A stretch of 64,000 bases of DNA from NCBI GenBank assembly GCA_002269645.1, contig NIVC01001340.1:186001-250000 (forward strand). Direction: 5' to 3'. The notes beneath the pieces were generated by a model. The model was not told the origin of the DNA. It saw only the letters and a program-made list of their open reading frames with translations, and searched no databases. Source of the DNA: Macrostomum lignano (taxonomy: Eukaryota). A program made the translations under genes and the position numbers. Positions 1-12,289 of this stretch are shown here, one piece after another. Each line of letters opens with the position of its first letter. The stretch's first letter is position 1.

Positions 1-1855
1 GATATTTGATCAGCTGCTGTGTTTTTGTTTTTCGTCTGAGCGTGAGGTAAGGCCGGCTGGTCTGTCTCGGGACAAAATTTGTGCCGTGACCAGGATAGCG
101 TTGTCTGTGAGGGTGTTTATGAGAGGGGTGTTGTGAAAGTGTAAGCTAGTGTCGTTTTACGTCTTTGTTTTTCTGTCGGTGTCGAGCGTACGATTGCGCG
201 CTGTCGTGATGGGGGACGAAGGTGTGAATAGGCTCGTGGACGTGGCTTTCGGCGTCAGTTCGTCGGTCGTTGCAGCAGGACATCAATGTGTGGCGCAGAA
301 TGTACATGTATAGCGGCCAGCAAAGCCCCCGATGTACTAGCTTATACGAGCTACTGTATATGAGATAAAAACAATCAGATAAGGCACATTGCAAGGAATT
401 TCCCGTCGGGAAACTTCAGCGGAGGTCCTGGGAAGGGGAGCCAGGGCCTCTGATCCAAGAAGCCGAACCTCCCCTAATTGGTGAGCTGGCCTAGCAGGAA
501 GTCGAACGTCCGAGTCTGACAAATGCACCGACGACGATAACGAGAAACTGGTTCTTAGTTCCAGGTCGGGGGCTTTGGATTGTAGCAGGCCCAAGCCAAG
601 ATTCCAATTTAGCCCAAAATTAATGACAGCACTAGAAGTCGAGCATGGCCGAACCGCTGTTAAACTAATTGGAACTAATTAATCGGCTTCGTTCGTCTCA
701 GACAGAAACGAGCCCTCAGCCGCGACTGCCTAGAAACAGTTTTGAGGTGTGTTACTTATGATGTTGGCTGGCTGGGTATAGCGATACCTCAGGATTTAAA
801 TCAGTTCAAATAGAAAGCCTCCTACATCTAAGTAGAAAGCGCTCGTCCGACGTGCTGATGCAGGTGACTAAATAATTGCACAGAGCCCTTTAACAAGTGA
901 CCATTGTCAGCAAAAATTACATGTACTTCGTATCCAATTGTCGGCAACGAGCGCGTGCTCCAGTGAGGCAACGTTCGACCGTATCTCAATGAAAAGTACA
1001 TTGTAAGCGCCACCGCCACGTCTTTATATGTTTATTCGTGGTTGGTTTCGGTAATCGTATTGTGAGTAGGGCCGACTGAGTCAGCTGGGATGTGCAACGC
1101 GAACTCGCACGGCAGCATGAATTTAGACTCGGTTCGGCTAGGGCGGCAGAAGCCCTCCCGCGTTCGTTGCCCTCATGAAGTGTAGCGAACGAGGAATGAT
1201 CGCCCTTTGGTAGACGTCTCGGACACAGCAGCATAAATTGATGAATTGATGAGGATGAACTTTTTCGATTTTAATAATAATAGAATCGCAGCTGGGTTCT
1301 CATCGTCATCTTACATTCTTACTCGTAGCAGTCTATAGGTTAGGGTTTTTTCTTCTTAATTTTGGAGTTTTTAGCTATTCTGAATAAGGTATACTGTACT
1401 TCTTTTTTAATCTGTTTTTGTTTGCGTCTGCGGTCATACATCTCGTCTCAAATATCAATTTTGATTTACAACCACGCCAAAGCATTGGAAAGTGCAATCT
1501 TCAGACAATTTTTTCTCCAATTTTTTACTCATTTCGTGGTTTATGTTTGTCTATAGCCATAGAGATCTAGAACTAGAACCTAGCTACTAGATCTAGATTT
1601 CCTTGGCCTAGCTGTCATTTTGGCCCTCATTTTTTCTCTTCCATTCAACTATAATCACCACCCATCAAGCCCGGAGCGTACCATTCACGTCTTTCCCCCA
1701 AAGCCAAGAGTGTAGATCCATTGTCTCTGCCCCCCTCAAAGACATGAGTGTACATTCAATAAGTCTGGGGGATAGCTAGAGCTTTCATTGCAACCTGTAC
1801 ACTCATCACATGCGTGTTTTAGCTAGCTTGAACCATTTTAGTATAAGGATTCTAT

Positions 1856-2024
1856 CAAGGGCGGATCCAGAGGGGGGGGGCAAGGGGGCCATGGCCTCCC
1901 TCAGCCGCGGCCAAAAAAATTTCGGTCATACTTTTTTGGCCTGCTACTATGCCAGGTCTATTTTCCAATATGGGGTTGGTAACAGCTTGGCCCCCTCCTC
2001 ACAAATTTTCTGGATCCGCGCCTG
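1856..2024. mobile_element. hAT-type MITE (169 bp) with 8-bp TSD
   Basis: The ends are inverted: CAAGGGCGGATCCAGA at 1856 and TCTGGATCCGCGCCTG ending at 2024. An identical 8-bp flank GATTCTAT occurs at 1848-1855 and 2025-2032. An 8-bp TSD is typical of hAT elements. Confidence 0.85.
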
Positions 2025-2302
2025 GATTCTATATATTGTACGCCCCTCAGGCAGAACCGTTTTGCTCCGTTTTATAATTACAACACTACTCTGTCAGCGA
2101 CTGCTGTTTGTTTTTACAAAAAAACTTCTGCATAATTTTTCCATTACCATTGTAGGAATATCTTAAGCCAACATCCCTTGCTCACGATCACGGTGAAAGC
2201 ATAAAGCGGTTGCAGCAATTGCGCTCGTGTTGAAGTCCAAAGCCAAAGTCCAAATTATTAGTCGGGTCAGAATAGCTTAGGTCTACTCCTGCGATCAAGT
2301 CA

Positions 2303-5300
2303 GTGTCGAAATGTGCAGAAGTTCTTAAAAATAAAAATTTCTGCGCCGCGACAAAGGCAAGCAAAGCAGCTGACACAGCCAAAATGATCCTTCGTGTCTC
2401 TATTAATTTTGCGAAGGCCGGCCTGCAGAGCCTAGAATTTCATCCGTCCGAGATCAGCAACGTAAAACTACACCTGGACAGTACAAATTGCATCTCCTGG
2501 ACAAATGCCAACACGGCCTGGACGATTATTGGCAATGACGAAACGTCTGAGTCTATTCAACTTCAAATTTTAACGGCCGAACGTGAGTGCAACATCAACG
2601 CAGGAAATTATAATGATGTCAAAATGGAACTCTGCAGCGGACACACTCCAAGTAAGGTCCTTGAGTTCAGTACCAAGAAACTAAAAATTCCCGACTCTAA
2701 AACGGGAAAGAACCATATAAATGTTGATGTGCAATTCACAGAAAAGGGGCCTGAGTCCAAGTGGTCTTGTATGCGCATCTATCCTGTCAAGCTAAATTTC
2801 CAGCGCGAAAATTCAGAAGTTTCAATGCCAGAGTCTGAACTCCAGATTGATATGATATGCAGAAGCAGCATACTCAAACCACTGGACAGCCTAGCAATTT
2901 GCGCCAAATTCCATCGCGTGGACACGAATCGCGATGTAAAAAAGGCTGAATTACCCAATCTGAAGTTGACTGATAAGTCCAAGTCCAATTTCAATCTTGT
3001 CGTACGTGCAGCGAAAGATAATGATGAAGCTGTGGAAATCACCGAGCTAGGTACTCTGGTGCTTGAGTTCCGCATCGACTGCGACAATCTTGCGGAAAAC
3101 AGATCCGTGAAATTACTCCACGAAAATAAAGATATCGAACTTAAAGAAGAAAGAAAAACTGACAGCCAGCACCTTATTGGAACAACTACCCTAACAGTGT
3201 TCAGACAAGAAATGAAGCTGGTTCCAGTTATCAATGGTGAAGAAACATCTTTTCAAGACTGTAAGTTTATCATGCAGATTTCAGAAACCGAAGATTATTC
3301 AATGGAAGAAAAGAAGTTTAGCTTAGAAAAACTAGGTAACTGGAAATTTGACGAGGAAAACCTCTCAAAGAGAGTAATTGTTCGCGTCAAGATTGAACCG
3401 TTCGAAGCAGTCTTGCTTGTTCCAAAATGTTTGATACTTTGCTTTGAGCTGGAAGCTGAGAAAGCAGATGACGCTTGGATAGTTACCAGCATTGGTGACC
3501 ATTCTTACAAATGTACCCAGGACGAGGTAGGGCAGAATGGCGGTTTCGTCTTATCTCACGTATGCCAGGTTACTTACGAGCATTTGGAATTTGAATACAG
3601 CTTCAAAGTTTGGAATTGCCTCGAAGGTTCCACGGAGCAAGACGACCTGAAGATTTCAGGTGTGCCAGCAACTGCTGACGGCGTTGTCATCAGAGGTCAA
3701 TTAGAGGACCTTCCCAACACGTTAAAAATTCAGCCCCTGGACAAATGCAGCCTGATCGATTTAGTCGTGTACTATTTTGACTGCGATGATAAATTCGACG
3801 AGTCGCATCACGTGACCGGAAACTGCATGGAACTTGGCAATGGGAGCTGCTCAGAGACCAACCAGCTAAGTTGGAGTGAAGAATATGGAAAAGGCGTAAA
3901 ATACTTTAAGTCAGCAACGCTTTTGGTGACGAAATCACTCGGGAAGCTAGCGTATCACGTGACTGGAAATCCAACCAATAGGGACGCTAATTCCCCAACG
4001 GAGGAGGCATATTTTTCATTAACAAAATCATCAGAAAAAATGAAATCCGATGGTGAGGAGATATCTCGATGGTGGCTTAGTGACTGGATTGATTTAGGTC
4101 AGAAGAAATCGGACGAGAAGGAATCGAATCAGAAGGAACCGGACCAGAAGGAATCGAACCAGAAGGAACCGGACCAGAAGGAATCGGATGTTACCTTAAA
4201 CATCGCTGCGTTTTGTGAAATAAAATTTGAAGAGTTCTTGCAGCATATTAGCATTAAGACGAATTTTGATGAACCAAAATACATTCAGTTGAAGAGAAGC
4301 AAGAAAAAGGCTCAAGAAAAGAAGACAACAAATGAAGATTCAATTAGCCTTGAGAAATGGAACCGCAACATCAAATTCAAAGCTTATACTAATGGTACAT
4401 TTTTTTTAAACTCTGACGGAAAGCAGCTCTGCTTTACGGAGCTCTTACTGGCTTACAAAGTTAACAATAAAGTGACATTAGTTACATACTGCAAGACTAT
4501 CAAGCTCCAAGGCGACCCGTTGCGAGGGGAGATTCACTACGAAGTATCAGTGAGCAGTGACTACGGAAGCATTGATGTCAGACCCGGAGTATATGTGACC
4601 CTTCAACTGGCTTCTTTTACCGTCGAGCCCGCAAAAGCTAAGAAGAATGATCAAGCTATAAAGATTTCCGGAAAGTTTTTGCTACGAAGTGGTACTAAAG
4701 AAAATGGGTCCCTGACGCCGGCTGAGTCAGATGCAGTCAGGAATGTGGGCGAGGAAAAATCATCATGCGGTTGTACGTGCAGGAACGCCGATGGCACGAA
4801 GGCCAAAGAGTGCAAAGGAAATGAATTAATTCAAGCTAGCAAGTCGCTTTTAATGTTTAAGCATGGACGGCAGCTCATGTTGTCGGGTAAAAGGCCTTTG
4901 TATGTGAAATTTGAACAGACCAATCAGAAGTCGGCAGCCTCTGATCGGAATGATTCTGATGGATTATTAACTGGGTTCACGCGCATTGATCTGGCCTGTG
5001 GTCCAGCCTCTGGAAGCCTCGAATACTACTGCCAGTTGCCAAGCAACAGATCTGAGCTCATTGTGACAAATCTTTTAAAAGTGCGGCTCAAGTTAGTTAC
5101 GAAATGGAAAGAGAACAATATGATTGATCGCCTTGAAATACGAGTAGTTGGATGCTGTCCCGAAAACAAATTTCGCCAGGAAACTGCAGGAATATACAAG
5201 TGGATCAAGAATGTCACTTTGAAGATGTTCCAGATGCAGGAAGAACTCTTTCTAACTGGTGAGCGACAACTGTGCATTATGCGCGTGCTGAAATCAAAAG

Positions 5301-6241
5301 GCGAAATCAAGGAGCAATCAAAACATAAAATTCAGCTTCTTGCACACCAGCCTGGCGAGTACCTCCAGTTTCAAATTGAACTTTTCTCAGGAAACGACGC
5401 TCATAGAGTGTTTCCAAACATGCCGATGAATCAGCTACCCAAGGACTCCATTTTGAGGTACTTCCAGACTACTCTTCGTTCGGTACTGCCCGATTTTTCC
5501 GCAAAGTTTACCGAGGTGAGAGACGTTTACGCCAAGCGCCTCGTGCCGCTGATCAAGCAGAACGGGGACTACGACGAAGCGGACGGAGCGAGCAGGCCGC
5601 ACGAGTTTCACGATATTTGGGGCGAAGATCCGGAGTCGGACCTGGACGAAGTGGACGAGTTGGCCATCGTGGAGCCAAGGAGTGCCGTGAGATATGTCCA
5701 GCAGAAGCGGCACAGAAATCTGGAAAACTCAAGAAACTTTACTCGCGAGGTTCACAAACGACTGAACAAGAAATATCACTTGAGGGAAAGAATAGTTTGG
5801 AGTCACCTTAGTGCGGCCGCCGCTAGCTGCCCTGCTTGTAAAGGCATCTACAACGAGTACGAATACCGTGGATCTAACCTGCGCAAAGCCTCGAGGAAAC
5901 TACTGCACGACGAATACATCGGTGTGTTAACGCAAGTGGCGCAAAACATCGTCAGCAAAGAATGCACCTGCCGCTACGACCACCAACTCGTCATGAGCAA
6001 TTCGGCGGCTGTGGTTCGAGGACGACTAGAGGCCTTCCTGGTGGACAACACATCTAACATGCTGAGCGACGAGTTCTTCGGCGAATGGCGCCGGCACACA
6101 GAGGCCTCCGGGTCTTGGTTTGTACTTCTACTGGCTGTGTGGCAAAGGTCTAAGAGGAGGAGCAAAATGGGATTCGAGGACACCATCCGTGAGACCGGTC
6201 TGTCTGTACCGGCTTTCTTCAAGTGGAAAACCGAGGATTAG
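2303..6241 (+). CDS. Large intronless ORF (1312 aa; first ATG at 2384), uncharacterised protein
   Basis: Uninterrupted 3.9-kb reading frame with natural-looking composition. It has a KESDE/KESNQ/KEPDQ 15-nt repeat at about 4105-4190 and Cys pairs (CPAC, CTC) near the C-terminus. No family was recognised. Confidence 0.8.
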   Translation: MSKCAEVLKNKNFCAATKASKAADTAKMILRVSINFAKAGLQSLEFHPSEISNVKLHLDSTNCISWTNANTAWTIIGNDETSESIQLQILTAERECNINAGNYNDVKMELCSGHTPSKVLEFSTKKLKIPDSKTGKNHINVDVQFTEKGPESKWSCMRIYPVKLNFQRENSEVSMPESELQIDMICRSSILKPLDSLAICAKFHRVDTNRDVKKAELPNLKLTDKSKSNFNLVVRAAKDNDEAVEITELGTLVLEFRIDCDNLAENRSVKLLHENKDIELKEERKTDSQHLIGTTTLTVFRQEMKLVPVINGEETSFQDCKFIMQISETEDYSMEEKKFSLEKLGNWKFDEENLSKRVIVRVKIEPFEAVLLVPKCLILCFELEAEKADDAWIVTSIGDHSYKCTQDEVGQNGGFVLSHVCQVTYEHLEFEYSFKVWNCLEGSTEQDDLKISGVPATADGVVIRGQLEDLPNTLKIQPLDKCSLIDLVVYYFDCDDKFDESHHVTGNCMELGNGSCSETNQLSWSEEYGKGVKYFKSATLLVTKSLGKLAYHVTGNPTNRDANSPTEEAYFSLTKSSEKMKSDGEEISRWWLSDWIDLGQKKSDEKESNQKEPDQKESNQKEPDQKESDVTLNIAAFCEIKFEEFLQHISIKTNFDEPKYIQLKRSKKKAQEKKTTNEDSISLEKWNRNIKFKAYTNGTFFLNSDGKQLCFTELLLAYKVNNKVTLVTYCKTIKLQGDPLRGEIHYEVSVSSDYGSIDVRPGVYVTLQLASFTVEPAKAKKNDQAIKISGKFLLRSGTKENGSLTPAESDAVRNVGEEKSSCGCTCRNADGTKAKECKGNELIQASKSLLMFKHGRQLMLSGKRPLYVKFEQTNQKSAASDRNDSDGLLTGFTRIDLACGPASGSLEYYCQLPSNRSELIVTNLLKVRLKLVTKWKENNMIDRLEIRVVGCCPENKFRQETAGIYKWIKNVTLKMFQMQEELFLTGERQLCIMRVLKSKGEIKEQSKHKIQLLAHQPGEYLQFQIELFSGNDAHRVFPNMPMNQLPKDSILRYFQTTLRSVLPDFSAKFTEVRDVYAKRLVPLIKQNGDYDEADGASRPHEFHDIWGEDPESDLDEVDELAIVEPRSAVRYVQQKRHRNLENSRNFTREVHKRLNKKYHLRERIVWSHLSAAAASCPACKGIYNEYEYRGSNLRKASRKLLHDEYIGVLTQVAQNIVSKECTCRYDHQLVMSNSAAVVRGRLEAFLVDNTSNMLSDEFFGEWRRHTEASGSWFVLLLAVWQRSKRRSKMGFEDTIRETGLSVPAFFKWKTED

Positions 6242-8496
6242 TAAACATTTTTACTCGGTCGATTCAGCCATCGTTTCAGTTCTGTAAGACTTTTTCTAAT
6301 ATCTATGTGGATAAGCTCAAAATAGCGTTTCCATTTTTTATGGGTTGTTAACTTCGTTCTTCAAGCTTTTTGATTTGTTTGAAGCTTTCGCGAGATGGGC
6401 CGTGCAAATTACAGTTCGCGAGCTAGCTATAGCCCATTAAAACGAAAGCGGTTTTCGCGTTACCTGAGACCCGACATTTTTCTGAAATAACTTAACCTTT
6501 TGTGCCTCGAATACATGTAATGAGTAACTTGTAATTAACTGTTTGAGTACTTCTTTTTTGTTATTATCTATATTCCATTTTTTATAATACTGTTTTCATT
6601 GTTCATGGGCATTACTTACTAAATTTTCCAGCTTTTCGTCTGCTGACTGTTAAGAGACTGGCTTTGAAAGGCTTGGAATTGACTCATACATCTATTAATA
6701 GCTGTAATATCTACCAGGGTCACTTAAAAACAGGAGTTTCACGTACAATTTTAAATTTTCTGGGATAGTTCTAGGAAGTCGGGAGCCCCAGTTGCACAGA
6801 AAGGTCTCCCAACACAGTCAGCTGGGGAATGTACTCGTATTGTAGCTTGCTTTTCAAGTGCGAGCTTGCCTCCAAATTGTATCATATCGGATTGGGCAGC
6901 AGGGACATATAAGGGATTCACAAAAATTCACACCAACTTAAGGATCTGGAGCCTGAGGTAACGCTTTTGGAATTTTGAGTCAAAGAATTCAAAATTATGT
7001 TAATTGTTAATAGTTTTACAACTTTTTACGTTTCTTTTGCTGTTTTTTGTTATTTTTGCTTTGGCCAGAGGCCAGAGCTGAGCTGGCTCCTATTTATCCA
7101 ATGCATATTTAGAAGAATTTTATTTATGGTGTTGCACCTGATGTCCTATGTGTACATCACGTAAAATGTACATGTTTCTTGCACTTAAATATTTAAATCA
7201 TTTTAATCAATATTTTATGACGGGCAACACTATTATTCGTGCTATATTACATGCAACAGCTGGCTGTTTTGCTATTGTCATTTTTAATCAAAATATTTCT
7301 TAATCTACTGCTATATTTAAGAGACAACTAAAATTGTTTTGCTAATAATATTTCGCTCCTTAACTACAAATGTATGCTAGCTATACTATTAAAATTCAAA
7401 TTAATCAAATTTGATTTGTTAAAGTTCGAACGGTAATTTTGATTTGACCAATCTACATGTACGCAAAGCACGATTAAACGACCAGCCGTGTAAAAGCTAC
7501 CGCGCCAAAACCGCAGAGAAGAGGGGTCGCTTACAAAACTTGATGCATCCATCAGCTCGAAATTTTACATGTTTTGACCAGATGCTTCTGATCAGATCCA
7601 TCCTGGATGACGCATCTATCCACATAGTCATTAATTTCGTTATCATGGTCCTCCTAATGCATCGGTAGTTACTTTATTAATTGGTTTGCAATTACTTTCG
7701 GCGCCTTTTATGTACATCTGGGCATATTTGGCATCTCGGAATTGATGAGGACGCACTTTTTCCAAACCCCGCGCTAGCACATGGGCTCGAAACTTACTAG
7801 CCTACTAACAGTGGGCAGTGGGCATTTTTATCCTTATTCTGCGAATAGTCATAGAATATATACTAGATATAATGTCTGGTCATACTAGTAGTCATAATAA
7901 CATAGGCATAGCTTTTTGGGTCATAAATCATCGCTTTCGAAGCTGGTCTGACAGCCACCTGCGCCTCACTCAGTGTTGAGGCGGGCGCCAGATGGTCTGA
8001 GAGGATGCGGGCGGTAGCTTTTTTCTCATCATTTTGACAGGCCATCAAGATTTATGAGGTCAGAGCCTATTGTTCGGGTTCACTCAAGCGTGTGACAGCT
8101 TTGACAGCTATGCGTTTTACCCCTAAAAGTACTTTGGGATTAGCGATTAGCAATTTCTCTTCATTCTCTTCACTTTCTATTTAATAAGAGCTTTCTAATG
8201 TATATTTTTTCATTAATTTCTGTCAATCCTACGCGAAAAGTCATAAATCATTATGTTGCGAGTTTGAATGATTTATGGCCGCACCTGTCATCTTTTTACG
8301 ACCCTGTGGGAACTGATAGGATCTCTCGGTCACGTGATTCTGGGTAGCAACAAGCTTAGCTAATCAGAAAATTCGGCGCTCATTTTAACAAAACGGCTCA
8401 GCCAATCAGAATCGACGTGTTCCATTATAACAAACTGCGGTCCAGTTGGCGGCTATTTACGAGCTAAACCGAAGTTTTTGGCCCGCTCGGACTTAT

Positions 8497-8557
8497 CTCC
8501 TTGCTTGGAATCTCCTTGCTTGGAATCTCCTTGCTTGGAATCTCCTTGCTTGGAACT
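8497..8557. repeat. 15-bp tandem repeat (CTCCTTGCTTGGAAT) x4
   Basis: Read directly from the sequence. Confidence 0.85.
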
Positions 8558-9839
8558 TGCTCGGGCCCAGCACGCAACTTCTGGTTCCCGGAGCGCGACC
8601 GTCGTTTCTTGATCCCCGGAATGCGACCTCCCCCCATCACCATCAAGGACGAATCCCCCGGTCGTCAGCAGCGAACATCAAGCGAAGATCATCACCTGCT
8701 AGCTATCAGCGAAGATTGTGTCAGCATCATCCCGAGTCTACAGCTGCAAAACACTAAGCCGATTCGGTCACTGTGGATTTCCTGGTCTCCGGCTGTTGAG
8801 TTTCTGATTGGTTGGGTGAGAGGCTACCTAGACTTGCTTGATTGGGTGATTCCCTGTCTGTCCCCTGTTTCAGTAGCTGGATTAGGCGCACACTTTTGCT
8901 CATTTTGTTCAGTAGTGCTGTTGCTGAGGCAGGAATCATTCAATAATACTGTTAGTAGTCTGAAACTCCAATTCAATCTGAAGTGTGAAGTGAACTAAGG
9001 AGAAGGTCAAATCTGACAGTTATTTTTATCGGTTTTATTTCTTTGTTCGCCGATGGCTCAGATGAGTAGCTAAGCTAGTAGGCGCCGGTCACAGTGGACC
9101 AATGGCAAGGCAGTTCTCAGTCGATCAATCTACCAAATCAGTGAGCAAAACCGCCAGAAGTGCAGAATCGGCGCCAGAGATGTACTTTGTGCACTCTAGG
9201 TTAGCCAAGCGGCTCGGGTAATGAATCATGCGGTCTCTGAAGTTCGAGTTAGTCTATCATCAGCGCTATGAGAGGCTAGTTGGCGCGTTGAAGGCCAAAA
9301 GTACATATCTTCGTATTTAGCAATGTAATAGTACATGTAGCTACCCCAGAGACTCGCCACTGCAAGAATCCCCTGCACAAGTCCCCTCTGTACCTGCATG
9401 GCCAATGCGATCTAGTCCCAGCAGTGTCCCTTATCATCGGCTATGACTTCGAGATAGACAGCAAAAATACACTAGTTGGCAGGCAAGTGCAAAGCCCCTT
9501 CTAGTCGGAAGCCCGATTTCGAGAGTCCCGGTGTGGTGAGCCAGGACTTACGGGCTGGTGGCAGCGAGTTAGCTAACCTGCGGGTTAACTAATTTCTACC
9601 TTCAAAATTCTCCCTGCTTGTCTCTCGCTGTCCCTCTCTTAGCTATAGGACCTAGACTGCTCGCCACACGATCAAGCTACCATGGGGCTGACCATCTGTC
9701 AGGAGTGGGGGGCCAGGACTCTAATTGATTTATTTCTGAGGCCTGAGGCCCGAAGGCTTCCTCACAAGGGGCCTGAAAGGTCGAAACCCATCAGAATGAC
9801 TAATAAAAAGAATAAATATCAGTACAAAAAATACAACTG

Positions 9840-10573
9840 TTAGGAAACAGTCTGCAAGCCAGTCAGCCCAGACGCCAAGTCAAACAGGCCAACAAAGTGC
9901 TCAGGCTCGCCTGACATCTCCCTGTCCCACTCCCTCTGCATCTCCAGCAGCAGCTCCTGCCTGCTGAACTTCTGCCGGAACCGGATGAACTTCCGGGCCA
10001 CGCAAAGCAGCACTTTGGTGTCGCTGAAGCCGACCCTGCGCACAATGTCCGCGGCCTCGCTTCGCAGCTCGTCTGCCAGAATCCGCAGCAACCGGTTGTG
10101 GTCCTGCCGGCTGTACGATGTCGGATAGTTCGGAGGTCGTGGACTCGATCTCCGCAGCCAGTCGAGACCTCGCGAGCTCTTCAAGAAGAAGCACAACGGG
10201 CTGAACTTGGCGTGCTCCGCCTCCGGCACGTCTCCAGCGTCCCAGTCTCTGAGGCCGAGGTCGCAGAAGAAGCACTTGACGTGGTCGGCCTCTCCAAAGT
10301 AGAAGAAGCCGCTCTCGACCATGTCCTCCGGCGATTGTCGACCGCCTCGGCGTCTCCAGGCGTCGTCCAGCTCGAAGGACCGACGGCGAGCCTCCCGACT
10401 GACGAAAGCGGGGCTGGCAGCGCTGGAGGCGAGGTAGATGGCCGCCGTCAGAGCCTCGCATTGGTCGAGGACCGACCGAGAGCGAGCCAGGGGGGACAGG
10501 CGGTCTCCCAGAGTTCTCGACACGTGGTACAGCGCCTGACTTGTATTCTTGGCATCTTCTTCTACCTTCGCAT
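9840..10573 (-). CDS. IAP-family gene copy 1 (BIR + UBA-like segment, no RING seen)
   Basis: BIR motif RRRSF...GFFY.G..D.VKCFFC-x16-H-x6-C. The frame extends upstream as DAKVEEDAKNTSQALYH to a candidate acceptor TTTTCGTCCAG at 10574, so this may be an internal or terminal exon. Confidence 0.8.
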
Positions 10574-10788
10574 CTGGACGAAAATATTTATGTTATGTAT
10601 ATGTATTCATGTATTTATGTATGTGAAGAAAATTAATGCAAAACTATCCAATGAGTTAGTTTTAAGCCTCAGCTCCTAGGCTTAAGAGACGAACTCAGCT
10701 AGGGACACAGAAACATGAAAACACGAAACCCGTTACGTCACGCTTTTACGCGGCTACAGCTCGTAATGACTGTCTTATTTGTGATTTA

Positions 10789-10854
10789 GCAGGAGTTGCT
10801 GCTGGAGATACAGAGGGAGTGGGACAGGGAGATGTCTGGCGAGCCTGAGCACTT
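10789..10854 (+). pseudogene. Short inverted fragment of the IAP C-terminal segment (ELLLEIQREWDREMSGEPEHF)
   Basis: About 66 bp nearly identical to the reverse complement of about 9898-9961. Confidence 0.75.
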
Positions 10855-12289
10855 CTTCACATACACGTGTTAGTGAACCCTAGCATGCATTAGTACCGTC
10901 GCTCATAGCCAAAGAGTGCCTTCAATAACTCGTTAAATCTTCTGAATCCTATAGTCAAAGGGCCAGTGTTGACCCACCGAGCTTCTAAATAAGATTGAGT
11001 TTTCTTGAGGACACTTTGAAGGGAGATCTTTAATATGTAGCTCTCCACTGCAGAAGTAACATTGGATACACGCTATATTGAGCACCCACCCCGTAGCAAC
11101 CAACCTCCTCAAGAGTCTAGTAGAGTCAAAAAGCTAGTACACTTTAAAATAATTTTAATATATTGACGTCAGTTATCGTGATGACGCAATTTAGTAGCGA
11201 ATATAAGTGGTAGCTTACAGTCAGAATACATGGTTATATATGGTAATGATAAATCCCTAAATTTACGGACTAAATTTAGAAATTATGTTTTACAGTGTGC
11301 ATGGGTGAGCCAATGTGTTCAAGTACAATCCGACCGAATGCAGTGCAGGCGAGGCACAAAGCAACTTACATGTATATACTGTATCCATTTTAAACTACGA
11401 GTACTTCCATAGAAAAAATCATTGGACTTATGGGATTAAAGAAGAGCCAATGGCACTTCAGCCTGGCATGTCTGTCAGTGGTTGATAGCGTACCATGCTT
11501 AAAATCGTTATAAGTTTTTCTCAGCATTTCAAATCGTTTTGCTGTTTAACGCAAGGAGTTTTGGAAAAAATTCGGCTTATTTCAGCTCATCAGCTCACAG
11601 CAACATCCCTTATATTATAACTTTATAAGACGAGCTATGTACAATAAATATTGATGACGCAACCGTGATCGAAAGTAAAAAAATAACCAATTACTTTAGT
11701 AGCAATGTCAAAGTGAAACAAATGGATCTATTACAATAAAATGCAGGCTTGAAAAACGCTACTTACCCATGAACCTTTAGCTGGCTTGCAGCGATCAGAC
11801 TCCATGGATCTGCATTTCCATATTAAGTAAAATAAAATGCTATTTTAGTAGGGTATCGCTAATCCGTGCAAGTTACAGCCATATTTATACTCGCACTGAA
11901 CGAAATGATAAGGTACTTTCTGATCTGATTGAATGTACATTATATATGGAACAAGCTGTATGCATTTATATAAGGTAGTACTTTACATAATAATTCCTGT
12001 ATATCCCGTATATATATCCTGTAAATAGTCCCTGACATAAGCGCACTGTCACAAGAACGCACTAAAACACAAAGAATGTGACGTGTGAAATCCAATTCGA
12101 TTACTCTCAGTAGTAAAATAAAAGAGGCCTTCTCGATCTTTAACACAAAAGTTCAATTGGAGCTGACCAGCTGGCATCGCGTATATTTGAAACAGTTGTT
12201 AATCCGCTGTTAATCCACTGTTAATCCGCTGATAATCCGCTGTTAATCCGCCAATACGATCGACAGGCTAAGCAGCAGCACGGGAAGGT

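Noticed and set aside
146-1234. Short ORFs at the window start
   Set aside because: No recognisable domains or consistent splice structure.
9735-9800. Possible hammerhead or HDV-like ribozyme (CTGAGGCC...GGCCTGAAAGGTCGAAAC)
   Set aside because: A stem II and GAAAC are present, but the CUGANGA core and a stem III/GUH cleavage site could not be assembled, and the HDV P1.1/P3 pairings fail. A covariance-model search (Infernal) would settle it.
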